DNA of 63,974 nucleotides, filler included, from Octopus bimaculoides (taxonomy: Eukaryota), in the NCBI RefSeq assembly GCF_001194135.2. It is 5 parts of 5 records of this genome, joined end to end, with 100 filler letters (N's around TTAATTAATTAA, not from the genome) between each part and the next. Parts side by side here need not be neighbours in the genome. Positions count along the whole stretch, not along the records: positions 1 to 31,941 come from NC_068986.1; 4 more parts are not named here. One strand, 5' to 3'. The notes beneath the pieces were generated by a model. The model searched no databases, had not been told where the DNA came from, and saw nothing but the letters and a program-made list of their open reading frames with translations. Both the position numbers and the translations under genes were made by a program. This document shows, piece by piece, positions 1-11,701 of this stretch (position 1 is the first letter of the stretch; each line of letters begins with the position of its first letter).

Positions 1-269
1 ATATATTCTAGTGGGTGACAAGCTGAAAGGAAGCTATGTCCGGTTGCTAAGAATCCGGAGTCAGAGCCATAGACGAAATGAAAACTATTTTGTCAGATTG
101 ACGATTATGGATGAAATAATACATGCGATTGCATTTTTAGAAATATCATATGACTGGTGATAATTTCTTGTCTATTACCATCACTTTATGCCTGTCTTTG
201 TATTGTCCCCCTCATCCTTCGCCCTTGTGGCAAATAAATGAAATCATTGTTATTGTTGTTGTTGTTGTT

Positions 270-640
270 GTTAAGCTATTACATGGTAATTTAATTAGCA
301 GAAATGTTATGTTCGGGTTTGGTGACAGAAAGTCTCCTCAGTTCATAGGATTCTTGCGGAATGCAGAACAATACTTCTCCGCGGGTCGATAAATGTGAGT
401 CTCAGCTCCAATATTTTCCAGTCTTTTAGGTAACAGTTTGGCTGTTGTACCAATCACATCAATTACCACAGAAGTAATTGCTGCTTTAGTCTTTCTCAGT
501 CTCTTCAGCTCTCAGACTCGATCCTGATATTTCTCATCTTTTCTTTTTCTCAATTAGATTGATATCGAGTCTGTTATCATAAGAAACTGCAAAATCTATG
601 ATCTTACACAATTTATTTTATATTTCTACAATTATATTTT
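270..640 (-). mobile_element. Decayed 3' end of an R4/Dong-type (RLE) non-LTR retrotransposon
   Basis: Manual minus-strand translation with stops and frameshifts: NKLCKIIDFAVSYDNRLD..KDEKYQDRV*ELKRL..ITSVVIDVIGTTAKLLPKRLENIG..SIVLHSARIL. This matches the RLE C-terminus pattern (IIDxAxPxD...EKxxKY...VIGALG). The 3' end runs into (CAA)n. Confidence 0.75.
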
Positions 641-644
641 TTTA

Positions 645-870
645 CCTCTGTTTTTGTTGAAACTCTTGGAATCTCGCTTGAGTAGCAGACCTAGTACCTG
701 TAGCCTACGGCACCAATGCTATGTATTCTCTCAACTCTCTAGAATTTTCGTGATTATTCTGGTCGGGCCAAGGAGGCAAACATTTTGCAACAGCGTGTGA
801 ATTAAGCAATCTCACGGGTTTTGCAGGTCACCGACTTGGTCACTTTATGCGGTATCTGGCCCTATCATTA
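645..870 (-). mobile_element. 5'-truncated R4/Dong-type LINE 3' end, same family as 48300-49195
   Basis: Minus strand encodes LLQNVCLLGPTRIITKILES*, versus LLQKACLFGTARIIRKVLDS* in the copy near 48400. The 3' UTR is similar (ccaagagtttcaacaaaa vs ccaggagctccaacaaaa). Confidence 0.75.
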
Positions 871-1064
871 TTGTTGTTGGTTTAATATTAGTAAATTATT
901 AATATCACGGCAGACAAGAATACGTTATGTACTTAGGTCATTAATAATAATAGGTTTATAAAGAGTGTCTCCATAAACAACCAAAACGGATACTTAGTCA
1001 TTGAATAATACCAAATAGGACTGAAACTAATTTAGTCGAGCCCTCGTTCTTCTGTCTTTTATAG

Positions 1065-1310
1065 AAGGGGTTTTCAAACTGTGGTCCGCAGACCACAAGG
1101 GGTCCGCAAGGACAAGACAGGGGGTCCGTGGACAGCAAATACTTTTTATGAGCAATTTGATTTTATATATGTTTTTTAATCGAAATCTTTTAATTGACAA
1201 TAAACCTATTTGTTAAATACTGTTAAATAAATAAATGTAAAAATATATGTTATTTTAAGCAAATATTTATGTATAAATTTCATAAGCATTTATAAGGGGG
1301 TCCCTAAGGT
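1065..1310. mobile_element. hAT-type MITE, truncated by an assembly gap
   Basis: Begins (A)AGGGGTTTTCAAACT. The body is the reverse complement of the complete copy at 50905-51187. Confidence 0.85.
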
Positions 1311-1969
1311 NNNNNNNNNNNNNNNNNNNNNNNNNNNNNNNNNNNNNNNNNNNNNNNNNNNNNNNNNNNNNNNNNNNNNNNNNNNNNNNNNNNNNNNNNN
1401 NNNNNNNNNNNNNNNNNNNNNNNNNNNNNNNNNNNNNNNNNNNNNNNNNNNNNNNNNNNNNNNNNNNNNNNNNNNNNNNNNNNNNNNNNNNNNNNNNNNN
1501 NNNNNNNNNNNNNNNNNNNNNNNNNNNNNNNNNNNNNNNNNNNNNNNNNNNNNNNNNNNNNNNNNNNNNNNNNNNNNNNNNNNNNNNNNNNNNNNNNNNN
1601 NNNNNNNNNNNNNNNNNNNNNNNNNNNNNNNNNNNNNNNNNNNNNNNNNNNNNNNNNNNNNNNNNNNNNNNNNNNNNNNNNNNNNNNNNNNNNNNNNNNN
1701 NNNNNNNNNNNNNNNNNNNNNNNNNNNNNNNNNNNNNNNNNNNNNNNNNNNNNNNNNNNNNNNNNNNNNNNNNNNNNNNNNNNNNNNNNNNNNNNNNNNN
1801 NNNNNNNNNNNNNNNNNNNNNNNNNNNNNNNNNNNNNNNNNNNNNNNNNNNNNNNNNNNNNNNNNNNNNNNNNNNNNNNNNNNNNNNNNNNNNNNNNNNN
1901 NNNNNNNNNNNNNNNNNNNNNNNNNNNNNNNNNNNNNNNNNNNNNNNNNNNNNNNNGTGTGTATATATG

Positions 1970-2555
1970 ATCAAGCTAAGTAACGACCTATTAAGTAACA
2001 ACTACTCCAAAAACATAATATCCACTCCAATTATGAAGAAAAGAGGGGATGAAACCGATAAACTGTCTACAGTCTGTCTACCCTATGTGAAAGGCCTCTC
2101 CGAAAAGATAGAAAAGAAATGCAGCCCATATGACATCAGAACAGTATTCAAGAGTAATACAACGCTTCGCAAATATCTCCTTTGAATAAAACCACTAATT
2201 GAGGAAAATATGACCATAAACTGCGTGTACTCCATCTCATGCAGCTGTGGTAGGTTATACAAAGGCGAAGCATGCCGCCCCCTTAAAATAAGGGTAGAGG
2301 AACATCGCAAAGCTGTGACACGGTGAGATATTGATAAATCGGGTATAACTCATCATGTATGGAAAAATGGAGACCACCTCTCCCTGCGGGATGAAGTTAA
2401 AATAATAGATAGAAAAAAACCACTGGAAATTACGAAAACTAAAAGAGGGAGCACATACGCTAGGACAAAATAACCTGCTAAGCAGTCCTAGTACAGATAT
2501 GAATATCATATGGCAACCGGTATTAAGGAAAGTTAGGAAAATATTAGATTTCTAA
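1970..2555 (+). mobile_element. Penelope-like element C-terminus (RT thumb + GIY-YIG endonuclease), pseudogenized
   Basis: ORF 1967-2185 (VCLPYVKGLSEKIEKKCSPYDIRTVFKSNTTLRKYLL) continues in frame past a TGA: NCVYSISCSCGRLYKGEACRPLKIRVEEHRK..HHVW..HWKLRKLKEG..NLLS. This is the PLE GIY-YIG pattern. Confidence 0.9.
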
Positions 2556-2584
2556 GCCCTAAAATTTACTCCATTATTGCCCAC

Positions 2585-2655
2585 GGGCATATGGCGTAGC
2601 AAAGAGCGCGGGCTACTAACCTCAAGATTCCGAGTTCGATTGCAAGCAGTGACCT
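2585..2655 (+). promoter_or_regulatory. tRNA-derived Pol III promoter-like cassette in the PLE 3' region
   Basis: A-box-like TGGCGTAGCAAAG (2592-2604), anticodon-like loop CTACTAA, B-box-like GAGTTCGATTG (2632-2642). The acceptor stem is not intact, so this is not a functional tRNA. Confidence 0.6.
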
Positions 2656-2719
2656 GAATGATAATAATAACATCGGAAAAACACATTAGAAATGAGAACC
2701 CAGGTTCAAAATTCCCCCA

Positions 2720-2766
2720 GGACATCTGATGAAGGCTGGAGAGTACATCAGCCGAAACGTTGTACT
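2720..2766 (+). ncRNA. Putative minimal type I hammerhead ribozyme (degenerate stem I)
   Basis: CTGATGA (2726-2732), A, stem II GGCTG/CAGCC around a 10-nt loop, GAAAC (2754-2758), palindromic AACGTT stem III. Confidence 0.6.
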
Positions 2767-3731
2767 AACAACAAACAAGTTGAGGACAAATATCCGTCAA
2801 ATGTAAATAATGTAAATAATATATATATNNNNNNNNNNNNNNNNNNNNNNNNNNNNNNNNNNNNNNNNNNNNNNNNNNNNNNNNNNNNNNNNNNNNNNNN
2901 NNNNNNNNNNNNNNNNNNNNNNNNNNNNNNNNNNNNNNNNNNNNNNNNNNNNNNNNNNNNNNNNNNNNNNNNNNNNNNNNNNNNNNNNNNNNNNNNNNNN
3001 NNNNNNNNNNNNNNNNNNNNNNNNNNNNNNNNNNNNNNNNNNNNNNNNNNNNNNNNNNNNNNNNNNNNNNNNNNNNNNNNNNNNNNNNNNNNNNNNNNNN
3101 NNNNNNNNNNNNNNNNNNNNNNNNNNNNNNNNNNNNNNNNNNNNNNNNNNNNNNNNNNNNNNNNNNNNNNNNNNNNNNNNNNNNNNNNNNNNNNNNNNNN
3201 NNNNNNNNNNNNNNNNNNNNNNNNNNNNNNNNNNNNNNNNNNNNNNNNNNNNNNNNNNNNNNNNNNNNNNNNNNNNNNNNNNNNNNNNNNNNNNNNNNNN
3301 NNNNNNNNNNNNNNNNNNNNNNNNNNNNNNNNNNNNNNNNNNNNNNNNNNNNNNNNNNNNNNNNNNNNNNNNNNNNNNNNNNNNNNNNNNNNNNNNNNNN
3401 NNNNNNNNNNNNNNNNNNNNNNNNNNNNNNNNNNNNNNNNNNNNNNNNNNNNNNNNNNNNNNNNNNNNNNNNNNNNNNNNNNNNNNNNNNNNNNNNNNNN
3501 NNNNNNNNNNNNNNNNNNNNNNNNNNNNNNNNNNNNNNNNNNNNNNNNNNNNNNNNNNNNNNNNNNNNNNNNNNNNNNNNNNNNNNNNNNNNNNNNNNNN
3601 NNNNNNNNNNNNNNNNNNNNNNNNNNNNNNNNNNNNNNNNNNNNNNNNNNNNNNNNNNNNNNNNNNNNNNNNNNNNNNNNNNNNNNNNNNNNNNNNNNNN
3701 NNNNNNNNNNNNNNNNNNNNNNNNNNNNNNN

Positions 3732-3774
<43 letters not shown>

Positions 3775-3790
3775 TATATATGTATGTATG

Positions 3791-3826
<36 letters not shown>

Positions 3827-4493
3827 TGTATGTATGCGTGCGTATATAGATAGATGCATATAGATATACATATCTATAAACATATTCACACACAAACATG
3901 TGCACGAATATTGACACACACAGACGCTAAATGGACTCTGAGAAACAGACGTATCATATAGATGCATACATACCTATAATATTTTTTAAAGAGAAAATAA
4001 CCATTAATAAGACTAACATAACACTTAAAAAGTTCCATCATATTTTTATCACAAGTTAATGGCGCCAACGTAAAACCGCCATTAAAAACAACCTCCAACA
4101 AAATGGACGTTATAATATAATTTTGTGTATAGCGTCACCACACACTATTTTGAATTGAGATGTCAGAGAGGCGGAAGTGGGGGTGATTTCCGGGTCGGGC
4201 GCTGGATGGCGATGTTGTACTCATTTGTAAATAGTTTTGTAGGATTTTTTTGTTGTTGACTTTTTTCCGTTTTGTTTTTCATTTTTTTTTTTTGCTATCG
4301 TTTGTTTTTCTTTGGCTTTGTGCTTGTTCTTGTTGTCATCGTCGCCTTCCTTGTTTTTGATGTGGGGTTTTATTTTTGTTGTTCTTTTTTTTCCTCTTGT
4401 GTTATTTTAATCGCTGTTATTGATGATCGTGTTAGATGTGGCACTTTCGCTATTACTATTTGCACATAGGTATACATACATATACTCATATAC

Positions 4494-4557
<64 letters not shown>

Positions 4558-4667
4558 ATATTTATATATGCATGCATCTATGTATATTCGTGACGGCATA
4601 TGTATGTGCATGTGTAGGTATATATCTATCTATGTAACTATATATGTGAGTGTGTTGTCTGCTGTAT

Positions 4668-4736
<69 letters not shown>

Positions 4737-5582
4737 CAGATATAGATATATATGTATGTATGCAGACGTGTGTGTGTCTGCTTTTATGTGAGTGTGTGCT
4801 TGTCTTAGTTATATTTATAGTTATTGTTACTGTTGTTCTATATTCAGAGCGGTGGAGTTCTTGAATTATTATAACATCGAACGGAATAACTTATTATTTA
4901 GTTATATTCAACTACTTTTCGAGTTCAATTACTCACAAAATATATTTTGTCCGTTTTTCCCCTAGAATTATTAAAATAAATTAGGTCGGTGATATTGTAC
5001 TGAATGTTATACACGGAAATGTCTTATATGATTGAAGCTATCTGCACATTAATTAGAAAAAGATATCAAAAGTCTAGCGGAAATTGCAGAACTCACTAGA
5101 GAAAATTTATCTTATTTTCGTAAAACGATGAGATTAACAGATCGGTTTCTATTTTATTGGGTCTCATCAGTGAATCACAGTCAGCACAAACTCAACAGAT
5201 TGGTAGGGATAGTTTTTTTAGATATAGAAAAGGGATGACGAAAATTTTAGGGCAACAGTAATTTGCAAACTGTTAAGTCAAAATGGAATAAAAGGGCATA
5301 ACCTAGCTGAGTTCAAATTAAGTAGATGCTTATGTACTGAATGATGCACGTCTAGAGAAAACTTTTTGATGAAGCGAAGTCTATCACTCCCTTGGAGAAA
5401 GAAAATTGAACCCTTGCAGCCAGCGATGGCGACTCACACTGAAAAGGGGAGATAATTTCAAGAAATTAATTACTAAGTACTGGTCATGTCTGTTGCCCCT
5501 AACATGATTGATTTCTTTCGTCAATGAATGAGATAAAAGTTGCTGTTTTGAGTTCCCAAAAGAAAAAATATAGAATGAGTGC

Positions 5583-5722
5583 CACTGGTACTTATTCGAT
5601 CGACCGCGAAGGATGAAAGGCAAATTCGACCTCGGCGAAAGCTTAACTCAGAACGTAAAGCCGGAAGAAATGCTACTAAACATTTTGTCCGGAGCGGCAA
5701 CGATTCTGCCAGATTACTGCCA
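5583..5722 (-). mobile_element. SINE family C copy (consensus start ggcggcgagctggcagaatcgttag)
   Basis: Homologous to copies at 27252, 34820 and 60388; flanked by (ATT)n. Confidence 0.75.
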
Positions 5723-5727
5723 TAATA

Positions 5728-5736
5728 ATAATAATA

Positions 5737-5799
<63 letters not shown>

Positions 5800-5860
5800 G
5801 TTGTTGTTATTGTTAATGTTGTTGTTCTTCTTGTTGTTCTTGTTATGATTATTATTATCA
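5728..5860. repeat. (ATT)n/(GTT)n microsatellite
   Basis: Directly visible trinucleotide array; source of the poly-N/Y/I ORFs. Confidence 0.95.
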
Positions 5861-8800
5861 TTATTTGATTTTAGGCGGTGAGCTAGAATCGTTCGCACGA
5901 CGGACTCGACCTGAAGAAAATTTTAACTGCGAGGTCATGCGCTGTTTATCTTGATATGAGATCATTATGTCGCGCACATATGGTTGTGATGCATTCGAAG
6001 TCTTATGATGATGTTATCAGCGCCTCATGTATGCAAACTTGGTCAAGGGATGCACATCGACCTTTGGTGGTTAAAAGATGTTGCCGAAGGGATATGACAC
6101 GACATTCAAAGGCATTGTGGATCGATGTTAAGCCTCTGCCGCCTTGTTTGTGTTCTAGGTAGAGATGGTCTCCAATATGTGGAACTTATGTGCGCTTGTT
6201 AGTATTTTTCGGGTTTTCACATCAATTGCTCGGATCTCATCAAGAGTCCAATCAAGCAGCCCAAATGTTGGTATGTATGTATGTATGTATGCATGTATAT
6301 ATGTACGTGTTTGCGTGTGTGTGGATGTATGTATTTATGTATGTGCATATATCTGTAAAGGTATATTTAGTTCTTTCTTTCTGTTATATTGTGCATCTGC
6401 ATATACATAGGATGTTCAGACTAGTTTTTTGAAGTTTACTATATCATTCTATTGCAAACCCTTCGAACAAGAACAAGCAAAAACAAACAAATAACTATAT
6501 TTACATACATAGAAAAATAGAGGAAGAGAGAGAGGGAGAGAGAGAGAGAGAGAGAGAAGACAGAGAAACCGTGGATATGATTCATAGACAGTTGTGTTCT
6601 TCAGGAAAACACTTCATTCCCGTTGCTCCACTCCACTTGTTTGTAAACGGATTACCCTACTACGGACTAATCAAGACAGTGGGGTGACATCATTTAAAAG
6701 CTAAACCGGTGCAAAGTACATGGTGAGCAATGATGTATAACAGCATCCGAAAGTCGGTTCGATCTCGTGATCAAGTGATATATATATAAATATATATATA
6801 TATANNNNNNNNNNNNNNNNNNNNNNNNNNNNNNNNNNNNNNNNNNNNNNNNNNNNNNNNNNNNNNNNNNNNNNNNNNNNNNNNNNNNNNNNNNNNNNNN
6901 NNNNNNNNNNNNNNNNNNNNNNNNNNNNNNNNNNNNNNNNNNNNNNNNNNNNNNNNNNNNNNNNNNNNNNNNNNNNNNNNNNNNNNNNNNNNNNNNNNNN
7001 NNNNNNNNNNNNNNNNNNNNNNNNNNNNNNNNNNNNNNNNNNNNNNNNNNNNNNNNNNNNNNNNNNNNNNNNNNNNNNNNNNNNNNNNNNNNNNNNNNNN
7101 NNNNNNNNNNNNNNNNNNNNNNNNNNNNNNNNNNNNNNNNNNNNNNNNNNNNNNNNNNNNNNNNNNNNNNNNNNNNNNNNNNNNNNNNNNNNNNNNNNNN
7201 NNNNNNNNNNNNNNNNNNNNNNNNNNNNNNNNNNNNNNNNNNNNNNNNNNNNNNNNNNNNNNNNNNNNNNNNNNNNNNNNNNNNNNNNNNNNNNNNNNNN
7301 NNNNNNNNNNNNNNNNNNNNNNNNNNNNNNNNNNNNNNNNNNNNNNNNNNNNNNNNNNNNNNNNNNNNNNNNNNNNNNNNNNNNNNNNNNNNNNNNNNNN
7401 NNNNNNNNNNNNNNNNNNNNNNNNNNNNNNNNNNNNNNNNNNNNNNNNNNNNNNNNNNNNNNNNNNNNNNNNNNNNNNNNNNNNNNNNNNNNNNNNNNNN
7501 NNNNNNNNNNNNNNNNNNNNNNNNNNNNNNNNNNNNNNNNNNNNNNNNNNNNNNNNNNNNNNNNNNNNNNNNNNNNNNNNNNNNNNNNNNNNNNNNNNNN
7601 NNNNNNNNNNNNNNNNNNNNNNNNNNNNNNNNNNNNNNNNNNNNNNNNNNNNNNNNNNNNNNNNNNNNNNNNNNNNNNNNNNNNNNNNNNNNNNNNNNNN
7701 NNNNNNNGTGTGTACATGCGTGCGTGCGTGAGTATTTTAAACAATATTAATTACATGAAAATTATCTATTAGCAATCAATATTTCGATATCTTTGCCGAA
7801 GTCTAAAATATTGAAAGTGGATATGAGAGATGGATAGGGGGAGGGTAAGGATGAGTCTGAGGAGGAGGAGGATGACGAAGGTCGGAATAATGATTTTTCA
7901 ATCGGTTTAGTAGGATGGGGTGGGTTGGTGGGGGTGGGGCCTGAGTGATAACGGAAAATGAAAAGGAACATAAAGAAAAACAAAGGAAAGCATCAATTAT
8001 CGTTTTAAGTAGCTGTTACAATTATAGAAATCAAGAGGTATAACAATACAGAATGTAGAATTATCTATAAACACACACACACACATATATACATCGTATT
8101 ATATATGCATGTATGTGTGTGTATATATACATATGTATGTGTCTGTATGTGTATATATATGTACATATATACATATATATATAAATATATACATATGTGT
8201 GCGCGTCTATATATCGATATATCCACATATAAATGCGTTGGTGTCTGTGTAATTATGTAAGGATCATTCTACAATATATGTGTGTGTGTGTCTCTGTGTG
8301 TGTGTGTCTCTGTGTGTGTGTGTGTGTGTGTGTGTATCACTTTGATAACATTGATAGGTTTCGGCTAGTAACTTAATACTACAAAATGTACATGTTGGAT
8401 AGACACGAGGGCCCTAATACTTCATGAATTATCGACCCAAAATATTAATACCCAGTTTCGTGCCTTTCATGATAAGACAGGGAACTTCGTATATTGGCGG
8501 CACCCGCAAGATTTGCGCAGAATTAGGGCTCGAGCAAACGAAACAACAGGAGGTAGACGTACGAAAGTAAACAAAGGTAATTTGAAACGATAGACGAAGA
8601 CAATAAATAAAGCCTTTCGGCCAAACACGAGGATGATGGATTAAGGCCTGGAAGAAATCCTCAAATGGATATAAAAGTAGAATTAGTAAGAGAGGAAGGG
8701 AAGTTGACCAGCTATCTAGGCGTCCGGTGGCGAAAAAGCAAAAGACGGAAAATCAGTAAGGGTCACGTGTGGGCAGCAGATAGAAAGGAAGTAGCATAAT

Positions 8801-9049
8801 GAGAGAGAGGGAGAGAAGGAGAGAGAGAGGGGGGGGGAAGGAAGAGAGAAAGTCTACAATTAAGTGTGAGAAGAATAAAGAAAGGGAGAGAGGAAGTAAG
8901 GATGCTGGAAAAGGAATTTCAGGACGTGAGAGAAAGAGAGAAAGAAAAATAGAGTCGCAAAAAATATATATAAAAACTTACTGTTAACAAAAGTCCGTAA
9001 ATGAAAAATGCGTTAATACTACAAAACGTACATGTAGGACATATGTATA

Positions 9050-9387
9050 AATACATACATATATGCATACGAGCATGCATGCTTGTATACATACATACAT
9101 ACATACATACATACATACATACATACATACATACATACTAAAGGCGGTGCCCCAGCATGGCCGCAGTCAAATGACTGAAACAAGTAAAAGAGTATACATA
9201 TGAGAATATATACATATATATGTGCATACATGCATGCATGCATACATACATTCATACATACATACATACATACAGATATATACATGCACGCATACATACA
9301 TACATACATACATACATACATACATACATGCATACATACATACAGATATATGCGTGTGAAAGTCTGTGTAAATCCATGCATATACAT

Positions 9388-9475
<88 letters not shown>
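9050..9475. repeat. Compound (ATAC)n/(GATA)n/(GACA)n microsatellite with a short SINE-B tail at ~9140-9190
   Basis: Visible tetranucleotide arrays; actaaaggcggtgccccagcatggccgcagtcaaatgactgaaac matches the SINE-B 3' end. Confidence 0.9.
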
Positions 9476-9477
<2 letters not shown>

Positions 9478-9480
9478 TTC

Positions 9481-10593
9481 TACCAGATCATTAAGAACGA
9501 AATGTCTTATTTTGTTATGCACCAAGTTTGACAGTTGTTAACTTTAATGTTTTATCCTGACAATTCTTTGTTTTGCAACATTGAAGAGTTACATCATCAC
9601 TTTTTGAAATGCAATTCATGGTGTTTGATTATACTGTGAGTTTTCTCTTGAAAATCAATTTTTGTGAACTCATGGATAGATCAAACATTCATGTTGTCTA
9701 TGAGTTCTGTCGTGGAACCAATGCATCCCAGATAACTCGAAACATCCATAAGGCGGTTGGTGAAGATGTGGCGAATAAGCGCACTGTACGGTCGATGGTT
9801 TGAGAAGTTCCGGTCTGGTGACTTTACTCTTGAAAACCAGCCTCGTGGTAGACCTGAAACCAAGGTGGATAATGATGAGCTGGAGACTGTAGTGGAAGCG
9901 GATACATCTCAAACTACGCGTGAGTTAACAGCAACATTTGATGTTTCGATTCCAACTTATTGGACCAACTGAAGCAAATCAACAAAGTAAAAAAGCTGGA
10001 CAAATGGGTACCACACGAACTGAACGAGCATCAAATGACACGTCGTCTTGAAACTTGCTATTCTTTGCAGTCACGGCACAAAAGCGAACCATTTTTGCAT
10101 CGTATTGTTATCTGCGATTAAAAATGGATTCTTTCCAACAATAGAAAGCGTTCTGCGCAGTGGTTGGATAGAGACGAAGTGACAAAACACAATCCAAAAA
10201 AAGAATATTCACCAAAAAAGTAAAACAATGCTCGACCACATATTGCACAAGGAACGCTACCAAGTTACAGAAACTGAACTTGGAAGTACTGTCATCCAGC
10301 ATATTCACCAGACCTTGTAACAACAGACTATCGCATTTTCAAAGCATTACACAACTTTTTGGAAAGAAAGAACTTCAAATCTGAAGAAGATACAAAGATA
10401 GTCTTTCGTAATTTCATCACCTCTTGCACTCCAGAATTCTTCGTTGCCGGTACATATAAGCTACCGATAAAATGGCAAAATTGCATTGATAATTTATGTG
10501 TATACTTTGATTACCAGCATTGCTTTTTGTTGAGATAAAGTAAAATAAAACTTTCAGTTCAAAATTGGACATTTCATTCTTAATGACCTGATA
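9481..10593 (+). mobile_element. Decayed mariner (Tc1/mariner) transposon with an internal deletion
   Basis: TA-bounded 26-bp TIRs (taccagatcattaagaacgaaatgtc vs reverse complement of the end, tatcaggtcattaagaatgaaatgtc; 23/26). Transposase pieces: WFEKFRSGDFTLENQPRGRP, KWVPHEL (~10012), HPAYSPDL. The segment between NIHQKK and NARPH is missing. Confidence 0.95.
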
Positions 10594-10866
10594 TTTAATT
10601 CCGTACCTAATAAACTTATTTGGCCATAGCAATGATGACTATACAAGACAATGCACAGTTTTTCATTATTAATAATTCACCTTCTCATTTTATAAATGGC
10701 TTGTTCTTTATAGAGCCTCTTAATGATAACAACTGGTGGTGAGTTTCAACATCTGCAGTGAGAAACTTGACCATTGTGAGTACAAGTGTATGTATATGTA
10801 TGTATGTGTGCGTGCGTGTGTGTGTGTGTGCGTGTTTGTGTTTGTCTTGATACACGCGCGCGCACA

Positions 10867-10930
<64 letters not shown>

Positions 10931-11121
10931 GCGCGCTCATTGGAGGCACTAGGCATCTTATACAAATCTGTCAAATCTCAATGTCTCTGTAGCAAGAACA
11001 TATTAGTAGCCCTTATTTTATATACACTGTACATTAAATCATATTTATCTCCCGCAGGATAGAGTACTGTTTTTGTTGATCCTGCCCTTAATATCCTGCC
11101 AATAGCTAGCTAGCTAGCTAA

Positions 11122-11200
<79 letters not shown>

Positions 11201-11382
11201 TTATATTATATATATNNNNNNNNNNNNNNNNNNNNNNNNNNNNNNNNNNNNNNNNNNNNNNNNNNNTATTTGGGGCTGGTCATATTGCCAGTTTAGCCAA
11301 TAAGAACACACGCACTGTATATTTGGTGTTAATTTGCTTCAGCTTTATCTTACATTACATTACATTACATTAATCCTATTTC

Positions 11383-11426
11383 GGCCAGAGTTCTTTCGTC
11401 ACACTTCTGTGACCTCATCAGTGGTT
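11383..11426 (-). ncRNA. Putative minimal type I hammerhead ribozyme (left arm)
   Basis: Minus strand AACCA-CTGATGA-G-GTCAC agaagt GTGAC-GAA-AG aa CT-C-TGGCC: intact core, 5-bp stem II, CUC cleavage triplet, stem I CCA/TGG. Confidence 0.65.
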
Positions 11427-11521
11427 CTTTGCTTTCTAACTATCAGCCATTTTGTATTTTTCAAATACAAAATGGCTGACAGTTAGCAAGGTGAGACAAA
11501 TATTAGAAAGAAGAAAGCAAA

Positions 11522-11566
11522 GGACCACTGATGAGGTCACAGAAGTGTGACGAAAGAACTCAGGCC
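11522..11566 (+). ncRNA. Putative minimal type I hammerhead ribozyme (right arm)
   Basis: GGACCA-CTGATGA(11528-34)-G-GTCAC agaagt GTGAC-GAA-AGAACT-C-AGGCC. The first stem I pair is mismatched in this copy. Confidence 0.55.
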
Positions 11567-11701
11567 GAAATAGGATTAATGTAATGTAATGTAATATAAA
11601 GCTGAAGCAAATTAACACCAAATATACAGTGCGTGTGTTTTTATTGGCTAAACTGGCAATATGACCATCCCCAAGTACAACAATGTATATATATATATAT
11701 A

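Larger units (their letters stand above)
11267..11677. repeat. ~410-bp near-perfect palindrome (foldback) carrying a hammerhead motif in each arm
   Basis: 11267-11437 is the reverse complement of 11512-11677 apart from a few substitutions and one TACAT unit. An inner hairpin 11438-11459/11463-11484 has a 3-nt loop, and there is a ~20-bp extra segment in the right arm. Confidence 0.95.

Noticed and set aside
5135-5176. Minus-strand CTGATGA...GAAACCGATC as another hammerhead
   Set aside because: Stem II does not pair (GAC vs AATA). At best a heavily decayed relic.
1267-7744. Long ORFs of 244-400 aa (e.g. 1267-2001, 2692-3849, 6701-7744) and similar ones elsewhere
   Set aside because: They are mostly X because they read through N gaps.
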